From the NCBI RefSeq assembly GCF_030144855.1, contig NW_026781544.1, positions 1-64,000 of the forward strand: DNA of 64,000 nucleotides, given 5' to 3'. The stretch is from Hypanus sabinus. Lineage: Eukaryota. Below, piece after piece: positions 1-11,665 of the stretch (position 1 is its first letter; every line of letters starts with the position of its first letter). A program made the translations under genes and the position numbers. The notes beneath the pieces were generated by a model that searched no databases, had not been told where the DNA came from, and worked only from the letters and a program-made list of their open reading frames with translations.

Positions 1-149
1 GTTCTCTCTCTCCCTCCCCCCTCTCTAACTCTCTCTCTCTCTCCACCTCCCTGTCCATAGTTCCTGCTGATTCTCTCCCTGCACATAACTTTCTCATCGG
101 TCTATCTCTTTAGTTATTTATTTATTTGTCTGGATATATATCTTTGTAT

Positions 150-880
150 TTCAGTGACGCAAATTGTCATTGGTGACACCGAAGTCCACGCCCCCTGCTT
201 CTTTTAACCAATCTGAATCGAGGCATGGGACAGTAATACTCTGTCGATTCGTCATTGTCCCTCATGACTTTCGACTTCGCTTTCTCCCCGAAAGACAGGT
301 AATGATGGCATTCTCTTCTTATCTTTTACTCTTTTGCTTTCTCTCCTTCCATTCTTCCGTCCCTGTGCATCTCTTCTGCCGGACTGTAGTTTTTCTTGAC
401 TTTCCCCCGGCTCGTAACCCGCTCATCTGTCTACCTCTTCGTTTATTTGTTTTGATATGCATCTCTGATAAAAACGCCACGGCGATGAACAGCGCCGTTG
501 GCCAAATGAGCCAACCTCAGATCAGAATGAACAATTACACCGGAATATCGGACAGCTGACTCGAATTTCATCAGCTCAGAGGATCCGGACTTCAACCACC
601 TAACTGTACGGCGGATAAAAATACAAGTTTAATCCCGTCCGCCGGAGAGAAACTGTCATTTCCAGGACTGAACACAAAAGGGAGAAGGACCGCCGTTCAC
701 AGGTGCTTGGTCATTGGTGGTCTGACCTTGCAGTTTGGGGACATGAGGTTTCGAATTTTCGACCCACTACCAAGCTAAACAACGGCCATTGCCGCGCGAA
801 GTGAGTCCACCAAGAACACCACCCCTTACCGTGGTTCTGTCCTCTTTTGACATACTTGGGATCAACCGCAGTTTAAGTCG
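150..880 (-). promoter_or_regulatory. Inverted paralog of the V13/V14 upstream and promoter region, with no leader exon visible
   Basis: 470-880 aligns by eye with the reverse complement of about 56350-56760; 150-290 resembles the V13/V14 promoter, including CAGTGACG at 152-159. Confidence 0.6.
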
Positions 881-939
881 GACGCAATGTGTCATACAAG
901 CCAGCACCGATCCGAGAGGGACACAAGGCGCTTTGGGAT

Positions 940-1407
940 CATACGTAGCAGTCTGCTAATATTCAACAGAAACACTTTATTCACTTTACTTCATACTATA
1001 TTGTCAACAAACAATTGATACTAGAGCGTACAATCATCACAGTGATATTTATTTCTGCGCTTCGTGTTCCCTGACGTACAAACCAAAATAAATATAATAA
1101 ATTTTAAATTATAAATCAAAATTAGAAAATAGAAAAGAGAAAGTAAGGTAGTGCAAGTCAGGTCCGGATAGGTTGAAGGTACGGCGCAGCTGGGGGTCAG
1201 GATCCGTTCAGCAGTCTTATCACAGTGAGAGTTTTAGGGGACAGGCTAAGTTTCAGCTTTCACAGGAAGTAAAGGCGCTAGTGGGCCTACTTCGCTGTGT
1301 ACTCTGCTTGCTTAGACCAAGTCAGGTTGTTTCTGATATTTACCCCGAGGAATTTAAAGCTTTTGACTTGTTCCACCTGCGCACCACCGATGTAGATGGG
1401 CCCTGGT
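940..1407 (-). mobile_element. Rex1/L2-like LINE 3' fragment
   Basis: VEQVKSFKFLGVNIRNNLTWSKQ in ORF 1287..1472 (-). Confidence 0.65.
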
Positions 1408-1980
1408 GAGACCACACCTGGAATATTGTGTACAGTTTTGGTCTCCAAGTTTGAGGAAGGACATTCTGGCAATTGAGGAAGTGCAGCGTAGATTCACTAG
1501 GTTGATTCCTGGGATGGCAGGGCTGTCTTACGCAGAGAGATTGGAGAGATTGGGCTTGTACACACTGGAATTGAGGAGATTGAGAGGGGATCTGATTGAA
1601 ACGTTTAAGATAATTAAAGGATTTGATAGGATTGAGGCAGGAAATATGTTCCAGATGTTGGGAGAGTCCAGTACCTGAGGGCATGTATTGATAATAAGAG
1701 GTCAGTTATTTAAAACAGAGTTGAGGAAGAACTTCTTCTCCCAGAGAGTTGTGGAGGTGTGGAATGCACTGCCTCGGAAGACGGTGGAGGCCAATTCTCT
1801 GGATGCTTTCAAGAAGGAGCTAGATAGATATCTGATGGATAGGGGAATCAAGGGATATTGGGACAAGGCAGGGACTGGGTATTGATAGTGAATGATCAGC
1901 CATGACCTCAGAATGGCGATGCAGACTCGAGGGGCCGAATGGTCTACATCTGCCCCTATTGTCTATTGTCTGTTGTCTAT
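1408..1980 (+). mobile_element. CR1 LINE 3' fragment
   Basis: HLEYCVQFWSP...RRLRGDLIETFKIIKG; (ctattgt)n tail. Confidence 0.92.
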
Positions 1981-2669
1981 TAACACCGAGGTCAATCTTT
2001 AGAAAGCCACTATACCAAGCTCCAATGCAGCAGTTGTGTGCAAACCATCTTTTCAGAAATTCCTCATTTCATTTTTTTTTTCAATTTTTCTTCCTGACTT
2101 TTCAAGGTATTAAATTATTAATTTTGGAACATTGAATTACTTTTGTTTTATGGTCACCGTTGAAACCTGATTGGCAGATGTTCTACAGCCTTCCAAAAAA
2201 AGGTTTCTTTTTATCACACAAAACATACAGAAATCAGTCAGTGGAAAATCACCAGAGATAAGCCGAATTGAAAGAGGAAATTGAAAGGCTTTTGAACATG
2301 AACAGGGTATACATTGTTCCGAAAGTAATATCTACAACTGGTATAATCGGAAAGCCGTTGGCATTACACAATTAGGCCTACGCAGCAATATCTAGGTAAG
2401 TCATTAGAAAGCCACAATACCAAGCACAAATCCAGCAGTACAGACGACCCCAACAATTGAGAAAAAAGCGCTGCAGTCACCAAAACTGGATGAACAATCA
2501 AGAGAACATAATTCATGGTCAGGTGGCTGATAACTGCATAATATTCTGCCTTTTCTAAAACAAATGAATTGCGATCATCTTTCAGTCGGCGGTACAATCA
2601 GCTGATTCGACCCGCAGTAAGAAAATAATTCATCAAAAGAAAACTCCGAATGGACCATTTCAGTTTAAG

Positions 2670-3030
2670 AGCGGAGAGGGAATGTTGCAGCTATTGCGGA
2701 GCCTGGTCAAACGCCACTGGGAATACTCTGCACATTTCTGGTCGTCTCACTACAGAAATGATGTGGAATCCATAGAAAGGATGCCGAAGAGATTTACAAG
2801 GATGTTGCCTGGATTGGGAAGCATGCCTTCTGAGAATAGGTTGAGTGAACTATGTTTTTTTCTCCTTGGAGCACGGATGATGAGAGGTGACCTGACAGAG
2901 GTATACAAGATAGTGAGAGGCATTGATCCAATGGAAAGTCTGAGGGATTTACCCAGGGCTGAAATGGGTAGCACGAGACGGCACACTTTTAAGGTGTCTT
3001 GAAGTAGGTACAGAGCAGATGTCAGGGGTA
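2670..3030 (+). mobile_element. CR1 fragment
   Basis: SLVKRHWEYSAHFWS...RGDLTEVYKIVRG. Confidence 0.85.
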
Positions 3031-3298
3031 AGTTCTTTTTTATGTATGTTTCTGCCTGTATCTATCTTCCTGTCGGTCTCCTGAGATGATATCTTCAATA
3101 TAATTGAACGAACTGCACCTGGACCTTTGATGTCTCTTCTTCACTTAATCGCTACGTCAGAGATGAAGACAAGTACAGTCAGCGCACCTGAGCCATGAAT
3201 CTGGTGGTTCAGAACACGTGGTCTTGTGCGATGCCGTGACTGGGTGGCTGAACGGCAGCTGCCAAGACAGAAGTCAATGCTGCCGCTTTTGTCGTAGA

Positions 3299-3312
3299 GC
3301 GCCCTCTGTTGG
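3299..3312 (-). promoter_or_regulatory. CTCF-like motif CCAACAGAGGGCGC (paralogs at 42113-42126 + and 9456-9471 -)
   Basis: Close to the CTCF consensus CCACCAGRGGGCRC; shares the flank cagaagtcaatgc with its paralogs. Confidence 0.6.
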
Positions 3313-3835
3313 CTTGGAGTTACGGTACTACAGGACCCTGTGTACTTTACTTCTATTTCCTCCCGTTTACTCAATGCATCCATGAAGCTTCACCATCTGT
3401 GTAGCTGTCCGAGTGTGGTAAACGTACCCTCCCCGACTACAAAAGTACTTCTTCCAGCAATACATTCCGTGTGTCTAACTTTATTGGAGGATAAACAGAT
3501 GTCCCTCAGTATGAAATTCTGTAATTTGCGGTTAATACTTCCTACCCGCGGAAAATAATGCTGATGCTTCTCATCTATGATCGGGAGATTTTACAGGCTT
3601 CGATACAGTCAGTCCCAATCAAAATAAATGTATTTTCATAGTACGTATATGGCAACAGAGATAACCTTGATTTTCATTTACTTGCAAGCATTTAGATGAA
3701 GAGGGTTAGGGTTAGGGTTGTTGGGGTTAGTAGTCTATTCTGTCACAGCCCCATCACATTCGGCTGGATAATCCCGTAACGGTCGTGACTGCCTCCATTC
3801 CACAATTTGCTGTTTCAGGCTTATTCCTATTGCGG

Positions 3836-3849
3836 CCGCAGGGTGGCAC
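3836..3849 (+). promoter_or_regulatory. CTCF-like motif CCGCAGGGTGGCAC (paralog 41596-41609 -)
   Basis: Motif match; preserved in the inverted copy. Confidence 0.55.
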
Positions 3850-4547
3850 TGTACACAAGAATTTGACTTTGGGTTTGCCAAGTCCCAGCCGCGGGGTCGC
3901 AGACTAAAGCGATTGCTTGCCCTGTTAATCCCATTCTCGAAATCTAAAGCGCTGCTGATGTGTTCGTTGCCACGTAGCCACTTCTGCTCCGCTGAGTTCG
4001 CTGCATTCTGGAGAATTCCGTGCTATACGCTTTCATTTTCCACTACAATAGTCAACCCTGCCGAATTGCTGGCATGATTATAGCTGGCATGAGGGGAGTT
4101 ATGAAGTTATTTATTCGAAGTTGCCAGTTGGACCGAAGCGTCTGTTTCAGTAATGCACTAGTAAACGACGCTACCATTTACACCTCTCCAACAATAAACA
4201 TTTGGGCCGAGAGGTCAGCGTTTGTAATACAAATTCTACAACTCTGCTATTCTTAATTCATGAACAACAGGGGAAAAAGCACTCTGGGCCACCTTTTACG
4301 AAATTAATCTGTCTTTCTGATAAACGTAATCCGTACCTCCCTGCTTTTAGTCCCATCTGCGCCTCCGAAAACGGTACGATAACTCAATTTGTGACATTGA
4401 AGTTAGCTCGTCGTGTCCAGGACTGAAGGGAAATCTCCCGTTGTCCTGCTGAACTTGGAATTGGGTCCGGCTTCTCGACTGACTCCCGAATCACAAATGA
4501 ATTGATCCACACACCATTCAAATTCAAAGCTCCCAGTCTCGCTACTC

Positions 4548-4572
4548 AGTGACGTATGTTTGAGGGGCGGAG
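4548..4572 (+). promoter_or_regulatory. V1 promoter: CRE-like AGTGACGTAT plus GC box
   Basis: About 110 nt upstream of the ATG; conserved in V8 (40894-40903). Matches the known Vbeta promoter decamer AGTGAYRTCA at 8/10. Confidence 0.6.
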
Positions 4573-4658
4573 CTTCGACCGTTCACCCTGACAAGTCATT
4601 CAAAAGATTGCTCATTCCGAACGCCCTTCCGCTTGGAGGAAACTGTCTAAGTTGAAAG

Positions 4659-5326
4659 ATGTTCGTGTTATTGGAGCTGCTCATCTGTCTTCACGGTAAA
4701 GGACAGCTTGAATTTGCGAGTAGTTTAAGGAAGCAGTTCTATATTTTCCTCTCTGTGCTCCAACACCTCTTGCACTATATTTGCCCATCGTTTTCTATCG
4801 TGGTTTTTGATCACTTTTTGTATCGTTGAGCTGTTTTGCTATTTATCATAGTCCATCCAATTATATTTATTTTATGCTATTCTGTCTCAATCTCTATATC
4901 CTCCCCATCTATTTTTCTTTCCCCATATGCCTCTGCATCCCGCATTTATCTTTCTCCCTCTTTGATCCCTATCTCCATGATCCGAGTGTACCTGCCTACT
5001 GACGTCATTCTCCGCTCCTCTCTTCCCCAGCTGCGAACTCGCAAACTATCCGGCAGTCTCCACCGGCTTTTTCCGGATCTCCGGGGAACCCGATGGCGCT
5101 GTCCTGCAACGTGGAGGGCAGCGGCGATTATTACGTGTACTGGTACCGCCAGTACCCGGGGCAGGGGCCGCAGTTCATGTTCTACAGCAAAGGTGCTAAC
5201 ATTAAAAATCCAGACGGGGAGGTCGATGGATTTACCCTGCAGGCGCTTAAAAAGAACGAGAACAAACTGGTGACCAACAGCCTGCGGGTGAATCACTCGG
5301 CCGTGTATTTCTGCGCCTGGAGTCTA
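4659..5326 (+). CDS. TRBV: V1: TCR beta V gene, CAWS family, intact (leader 4659-4695, V exon 5031-5326)
   Basis: Leader MFVLLELLICLH + G|GTAAA donor; cag acceptor at 5028-5030; open exon ANSQTIRQSPP...SCNVEG...WYRQYPG...DGFT...AVYFCAWSL with Cys23, Trp41, Cys104; 23-RSS directly follows. Confidence 0.93.
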
Positions 5327-5365
5327 CACAGTGACGTGCCGAGAGGGAAGAGCTCGACAAAAACC
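5327..5365 (+). other. 23-RSS of V1 (CACAGTG-23-ACAAAAACC)
   Basis: Consensus heptamer and nonamer; spacer counted as 23 nt. Confidence 0.97.
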
Positions 5366-5404
5366 CCAGACTGCCTGTAAAAGGCGTGACAGAGCAAGCA
5401 CACT

Positions 5405-5418
5405 TGGCCCTCTGGTGG
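5405..5418 (-). promoter_or_regulatory. RSS-proximal CTCF-like motif CCACCAGAGGGCCA behind V1
   Basis: Begins 40 nt after the nonamer end. Confidence 0.65.
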
Positions 5419-5929
5419 CGTCGTGTGTATCTTTTGTTTTGACAGAGGAAACGCGATGCAGACTGGAAGCAAAAGGGTTTTGTAACAACGGTGAGAGAGC
5501 AGGTGGCCAATCATCTGGCAAGATGCCAGCTCTTACACAAGCACTGTGACGTCCTGCAGACCCATCACTCCCCCACAAGCCCCGGACTGACAACGATTTA
5601 CGTGAATATGAGGCGGAAAAGAAACAGAGGGTTTTCATTGCACAGACGCACATTTGATTCTTCCCTGTGACTACGTTTCCGTTACCGGCTGTTTTCCAGA
5701 CGAGAGGCTCTTCCTGCTTTTAGAATATCCTGTCATTAATGGAACATTTATTGGTAAACCTTCTTTATTTGCTTGCGATCGCATTTACAATTTAAATTAC
5801 CCCTGTGAATTTCACCGTCCATAGTTTCATGTTAGCATTATTTCCTCTCACAGGCACGTTACTCCGCCCTGCTGCCATCGTCCCTGAGAAAGGAGAAACG
5901 GTCCCCCTTTCCTTGTCGAGGGCACTGAG

Positions 5930-6240
5930 TGAAAGGTGCAAGAAGTCGTGATGAAATGAAGGTGGATTAGACCAGCGCCGGAATATTGCACACAGCTTGG
6001 ACAGGAATCGTGTTGCGACAATAGGAAGAGGGAGGAGATATTCATAGGAGTATTTCCTGGATAGGACGACTACAGATGCATTGAAGATGGATCGGCCGGG
6101 TTTATTTTCACTGGAGCGGCTAACGACATACGGGTGCATAAAATTATAAAGGTCGAACGTAATTTGTTTGTCATGGATGAGGTTCCATAACTGCAAGGGC
6201 CATGTTTGAGCTCAGAGGGGCACAACTGATGGATAGGGAC
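5930..6240 (+). mobile_element. Old CR1 remnant
   Basis: Degenerate VRP.LEYC.Q.W and GLFSLER coding traces. Confidence 0.6.
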
Positions 6241-7322
6241 CGGCAATGGATGTTAAAGACAAGTTTCTGCATGGACTGAGGAGGAGAGCGGTAAGAGGGG
6301 CAGAGGAGAGAGAGGACAAAGGCAACAGGAAAATAAAATCAAGATGACCGAATGGAGAGATTGCGAATGAAGAGAGGAGTAGGGGGTGTGTAAGAAGAGG
6401 CTCGAGAGAGGCTGGGCGTTGGAAGTCAGGTACATCAGGTAATGGGTCGTTCTTTGAAACTCTGATGGTTTCGTTACTGAGCTGAACACTCGTCATCTCA
6501 GAAAACCTCGTGTAAACATGGCCCGGATCTGCTGTCAGGAAAGGATTAACGTCCTCACCAAACAAGACAGCCTCATCAAAACAGGTGCTGAATCGACATG
6601 GAGATTTTCAGCTCCAGTGCTTCACGTTACAACTGCGCGCCCTGCAGCCTCCGCCGGAAATGCAACCGCAAAGTTAACCGTTTGGCCAGAGCGAACCATT
6701 CTTACCTCCAGCTAACCCATTGAACTTGAGTGATATTGGAAAGTCCGGAGAAAAGCCGACAAGGTCACAGTGGGAACGTGGGGTTTTCGGGGCGGAAACT
6801 CCCTCAGCTGCGCCAGTCTGTCCAGTGGTAGATTTAACGACATTCGTTGAAAAATACCGAAGACGAATTGAATCTGAAATAACTGAAAGTGGGGTCTTGA
6901 TGAAGGGTGACGGACTCGCTGATTGATGAAAACCGTATGTCTGCGTGTCCGAGTCCGGAGGCGTCCAGGCGGCTTTCCTTGGATGTCTGAGCAAATGTTA
7001 TAGGGTAGAGGTTGGGGGGGGTGGCGGTCGGGCTTTACTTGGCTGTGATCTGTTCTGGTTTCTTTTCTCACTTTTTTGTCCTGTTCTTTTTCGATATCCA
7101 ATTGAACATTCCGGGCCGGAATGTGTGGCGAGATTTGCGAGCCGACCCCAGCCCGTCCCAGGGTGTAACGTTTGTTAAAATTCTCAGCGGATTTCACAGC
7201 AGAGCCAACCGGCATGAAGAAGCTGACAATGTTTCCCCATCACAGTGTGGATAAACTTCTGTTATCAAGAATTGGGCTTAAGTGTTACACTCACTTAGTT
7301 CTCCGCTCCAGCGGCTGCCTGG

Positions 7323-7361
7323 GGTTTTTGCTCGAGGCCTCTATCTGCGTCAGTCGCCGTG
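7323..7361 (-). other. 23-RSS of V2 (CACGGCG-23-GCAAAAACC)
   Basis: CAC core kept, non-consensus heptamer, 23-nt spacer. Confidence 0.93.
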
Positions 7362-8489
7362 CAGACTCCAGGCGCAGAAATATGTGGCCGAGTGGTTCAG
7401 CTGCAGGCGGCCTGCGCTCAGAGTGAACTCGTTGTTGTTCGGTCGGCTGGCGGTAAACCCGTCCACCTCCGTGTCCGGCGCTACGCTCGGAGCAACCATC
7501 GAGTAAAACAGGTTCTGCGGCTCCTTTCCCGGGTACTGTCTGTACCAGAACAATCGGTAGGTGCTGCTGCCGTCGACGGTGCAGTGAAGCGTCCGGTTCC
7601 CGCCGGGAGACTCGGACACAGCGTCGGGAGTCTGGCGGATAACCGTCGAGGTCACGGCTGGTGATTTAAAGAACAAACGAGGTGAAAAAAATACAAACAA
7701 ACAAACAATTAATTAATACATTCAGCAAAGGCAACGGTTCCGGGCGCTCGGGAGAGAAACAGACAGTTATAGATGAAAAAAAAAACAGAACGTGATAGAG
7801 AAATAACCTGAGCGCGCCAGGGAGAGATGAGATGGAGATATAGAGAAATCGATAAGGTGATATTTATGGATAATGATAGAGAAATAGAGAGGATGAGCGA
7901 TGGATGTGGCGGTGCGGAGTGAAAGGAAGACGGGCTGAGGAAGGAGCGAGGAGGGGTAACTATTGAAAGGTTGAGAGATTAATAATCAAATGAGAAGCGG
8001 TAGAGTAGAGAGAGAGAGAGAGAAGCGTAAGAGGGAGTTGCGAGAAAAATGGCGAGACACGGTCCCCGCGGAAGCTGAGCTGGTAGGAACAGAGTGGGCG
8101 AGGTTGAGAGCGAAGGATGGACAGGAGCGATGTGGAGCGAGCGGGAGGCAGGGAAGAAAGGAGCGCGAGAATGCAGAGAGTCAGCGGGAGCGAATGAGCG
8201 AGGCAACGCGAGAATGAGAGTGGAGAAGTTCGGAAAGAGGCCAAGCGTGGAAATAATGGCAGAGCAAAGCCGGAAAATGAGGAGACAGAAGAACAGGGGT
8301 CCATAATGATGATGCTCACAGGAAAAGGAGGTGAGCGTGAGGTAGAGATAATGCTCAAAAGTGGATAAGACAGAATGAGAAAGGAAGAATGAAAACGTAG
8401 AAGCAGGGAACATCAGATTAGATTATTAGGCGGCGGTGCGAATATTCCTTACTGTAGAAGCAGGACAGACACGCCAGTACCAAGAGCAT
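7362..8489 (-). CDS. TRBV: V2: TCR beta V gene, CAWS family, intact, inverted orientation (leader 8489-8453, V exon 7657-7362)
   Basis: Leader MLLVLACLSCFY + A|GTAAGG; acceptor tcaccag; exon VTSTVIRQTPD...HCTVDG...FWYRQYPGK...DGFTASRP...ATYFCAWSL open (ORF 7350..7700). Confidence 0.92.
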
Positions 8490-8582
8490 CCTGCAGAAAG
8501 TTTTACTTCTGGAAGAGTAGGACCTGTTCGGAGCGTGAGAACAGAGACAATGACTGGGTAATGTTCCTGTTTGAATTGCAAC

Positions 8583-8629
8583 GCCCCGCCCCCGCTACAG
8601 TCGTTGGCATTCAAATCCCTCCGTCACTG
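8583..8629 (-). promoter_or_regulatory. V2 promoter: CAGTGACG half-CRE plus GC boxes
   Basis: cgtcactg at 8622-8629 and gccccgcccccg at about 8583-8594, 95-140 nt upstream of the ATG. Confidence 0.5.
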
Positions 8630-9529
8630 AATGATGTTGCGTTCAGAGCAGAAAACGGAACTGCGCGAGATTACAGTGTCAATATGTGTGCATTGTAACC
8701 GCCAGAGCAGGTGTGTGGTACAGAACATGATATGAGAAGCTATTGGTGTCGTTGAGCGACCTGTGTGTCCGTTTCTCGGGCCCAGTTTCCACCAGTTTGT
8801 CTGCTCCTCTTTGCGTAGGCACTCAGTTCTATTCCAGGTTTAATAAAAAAAAAACTCGCAAGCAGGACCATCAGACCCAATGAAAACTTGCCGCCCAATT
8901 ACACATATGAGACCTATTAAGCTCCTGTCCCGTGCGTCCTTGCAGGATGGAAACGGGGCAACTAAGGGAACTCACGCCGTCATTGCGAGGAACGTACGAA
9001 CTTCTTGTCGCAGCGGATGAACGGAACCCAGGCTGCTGGGGTTGTAAAGCGACGAAAGGACTAGTACATTACTGTGACGCTGTATATTTGTGTGTATAAT
9101 CTATGTATGTTTGTCTGAGTATGTATCGATCTCTCTTTTAATCTATCTTGTTATGTATATCTCCATAAAACAATCTATCTCGTTAACCATCCGAGAATCG
9201 CGTTGCAGCTTTGCACGCCACTGCACAAACCTGATTCAGTACGTCATAAAATATCGTTTCCCTCAAGCAGACCGGTCCTCCTTTCGATATCACCGCTCTC
9301 CGTGTGACACAACGAGGCAGAGTAGATTTTTTTTCAGTGATAGCTGAGCTGTGAGGTTGCTTGTTATGAAAATATGCACTTCTGTGTCGCAAGGTCCCGT
9401 TCTCCGACTGAACGCTACCACACTCAGAAGTCAATGCCGTTCTGTTTAGTCTTAGAACGCCCCCTGCTGTCACCCAGAAGGGAAACGTGCACGACAGTAC
9501 CCATCCTTCCGAAAGTCAATGAAATTTTG

Positions 9530-9800
9530 TAACTGTGACAACATCGACAGCTTCAATATAAAGAGACCACAGTGCAACTGGGAGTTGGACTTCCTGTCGA
9601 ACTCCCCAGACACTCAGGATGCACAACTGCCCCTCCCTCCCCATCGTCCTCAGCTCGGGCATCTCCCACGGCGGTTGCAGCGCCCATTGCTGTACATTCT
9701 GCCCACACTTGAGCGCACGGCCGAACACCAGGACAATCAGGTGGACAAGTTCACCGATGTCACCGAGGGACTGCACGAGGGGTGGTGGAGGATGTGGTGG
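9530..9800 (+). mobile_element. Rex1-like RT fragment
   Basis: LSSGISHGGCSAHCCTFCP, a decayed STGxPQGCVLSPLLY motif. Confidence 0.6.
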
Positions 9801-9939
9801 ACATCGAAACATGGCGCCAGAGAAATAACAACGTCAACAGGAAAACGGAGATATGTTATCGAATTTAGAAGAACTAGCAGCATTCGCACACCTTAACACC
9901 AATGGCACAACAGTCCAAACAGTGAGCAATAAATAAAAT

Positions 9940-10620
9940 TGCAGACTATTTTCTAAATGGAGAGGATATGCCAAAAACTGAGGCGCAAAGGGCATTGTTG
10001 AGAGTTCATTAAAGTTTCATTTGGGTGCATTCCGTGCTGAGGGAGGCACATACGATGATAGCATTTATTTCAAGAGTACAAGAATGTAAATGGCAGGATA
10101 TAATGTTTCGGCTTCGTGAAGCGCTGGTGAGACCTCATGTGGAGTATCGTGTGTAGTTGTCGGTACCTTGTTTTGCAAAAAAAGGCCCGCAGGAACTGGA
10201 GAGGTTTCAAAGGAGTTTCAGGAAAATGATCCCAAAAATAAATGGTTTGTCATTTAAAGAGGTTTTGATGACTTTGGGCTTGAATTCACAGAAAATCAAA
10301 TGAATGAGTAATAATCCGATTGAAAACAACCCAATGGCAAAACGCCTTGAGAGAGTGAACGTGGAGAGGATGTTTCCAAAGGTGCGACAATCTCAGACCA
10401 AGAGTCACAGCGTCAAAGTAGAAGGGCACCCTTTTTGATTGGAGGTGAGAAGGAATTTCTTCAGAGAGAGAGTGGCGAATCTTTTGATTTATTTCAGGCA
10501 GCTGTTGATAGATTCTTGCTTTGGTCGTGACTGGATCATAGGAGAAAGCGGGAGATTGGGGCTGAAAAGGAAAATTCGGATCAACCTTGATGAAATGGCG
10601 GAATAGGCTCGCTGGACCAA
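9940..10620 (+). mobile_element. Decayed CR1 3' half
   Basis: ctggtgagacctcatgtggagtat (LVRPHVEY) and a CR1-type tail. Confidence 0.7.
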
Positions 10621-11117
10621 ATAGGTGAATTCTGCTCAGATNNNNNNNNNNNNNNNNNNNNNNNNNNNNNNNNNNNNNNNNNNNNNNNNNNNNNNNNNNN
10701 NNNNNNNNNNNNNNNNNNNNNNNNNNNNNNNNNNNNNNNNNNNNNNNNNNNNNNNNNNNNNNNNNNNNNNNNNNNNNNNNNNNNNNNNNNNNNNNNNNNN
10801 NCTAACTATTATAATAAACTAACTCAATCAATGAATAGGCAGGAATTGTTCAATCTCTGAAATTTAGTCCATCAGTCCCTACAGTTATGGGACCAACTGT
10901 TGACACCAACTGTAGAAAGTTGACACCACCGACGGAGGAGTGCCTTAAACTGGATTTTGCTTTGTCCTGCGAGCGTTTCATGCAAATTAACTTTAGATGG
11001 ACGTGCATGTGAGGGGAGACCGATAGAAAAATTGTATTTGGAGACGAGTTCGATGTACGCAGAGGAAGCGGGTGGCAAGGGACTTCAATGGGCTGACTGT
11101 TCTCCGATTCACTGGCA

Positions 11118-11156
11118 GGTTTTTGTCTGAGGCGGCCGTAGACGTGCACCGCTGTG
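11118..11156 (-). other. 23-RSS of V3 (CACAGCG-23-ACAAAAACC)
   Basis: Read directly; 23-nt spacer. Confidence 0.95.
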
Positions 11157-11665
11157 CGAGACTCGCTGCGCAGAAGTAGGTCGCCGAGTCCGTCTCCTCG
11201 CAGCTGCTGAGCTGCAGAGTGAAGCGGTTCTGTGCAGCTTCGAGTTTGGTGGCGAACCGCAGTTTAAAGGGTTCGTCGCATGAGCCGTGCTCGTTGCAGA
11301 CCCACTCCAGACTCGTCCCGACTTGCCGGTACCAGAACATGGTGTAGCTGACCATGCTGCCTCCCTCCAAACTGCAGTGAAAACTGAACTGCTCTCCAGG
11401 CCGAATGGAGGCCGCGTTAGTGATCTGGACCACTGTTGGTGCAGCCGACAGACCTGGAGTGACATGCAAGAGAAAGGATTTCATGGTCAAGTGGACGACA
11501 ATGGCATAATGTTCCGCGATTTTAAATATGATCTGGGACCGCCCTGGAATCGGACGGTTCGACCAGGTGTGAGAAAATAATATATCAAACAAAAAACTCA
11601 CAATTGTGCAAGAGTGTCAGGGATAAAGACAGACATACAAGAGGCACGTCTGGAAGTAAACACAT
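11157..11665 (-). CDS. TRBV: V3: TCR beta V gene, CAAS family with extra cysteines, intact, inverted orientation (leader 11665-11602, V exon 11453-11157)
   Basis: Leader MCLLPDVPLVCLSLSLTLLHN + T|GTGAG; 148-nt intron; exon LSAAPTVVQ...FHCSLEGGSMVSYTMFWYRQVGTSLEWVCNEHGSCDE...RFTLQLSSCEETDSATYFCAAS open. Confidence 0.88.

Larger units (their letters stand above)
3050..5700. repeat. Inverted segmental duplication, left arm (partner about 39760-42380)
   Basis: Collinear reverse-complement similarity across upstream DNA, promoter, V gene, RSS and downstream flank of V1/V8. Confidence 0.9.

Noticed and set aside
5854-6140. Splice acceptor followed by GETVPLS, a WIR triplet and a Cys at V-exon-like spacing, suggesting a hidden V pseudogene
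   Set aside because: The distal part decodes as CR1 ORF2 (VRP.LEYC.Q.W, GLFSLER); no RSS follows; the spacing is coincidental.
7240-7275. Isolated CACAGTG heptamers (about 7239-7245; also near 26710 and 62737)
   Set aside because: No nonamer at 12- or 23-nt spacing.
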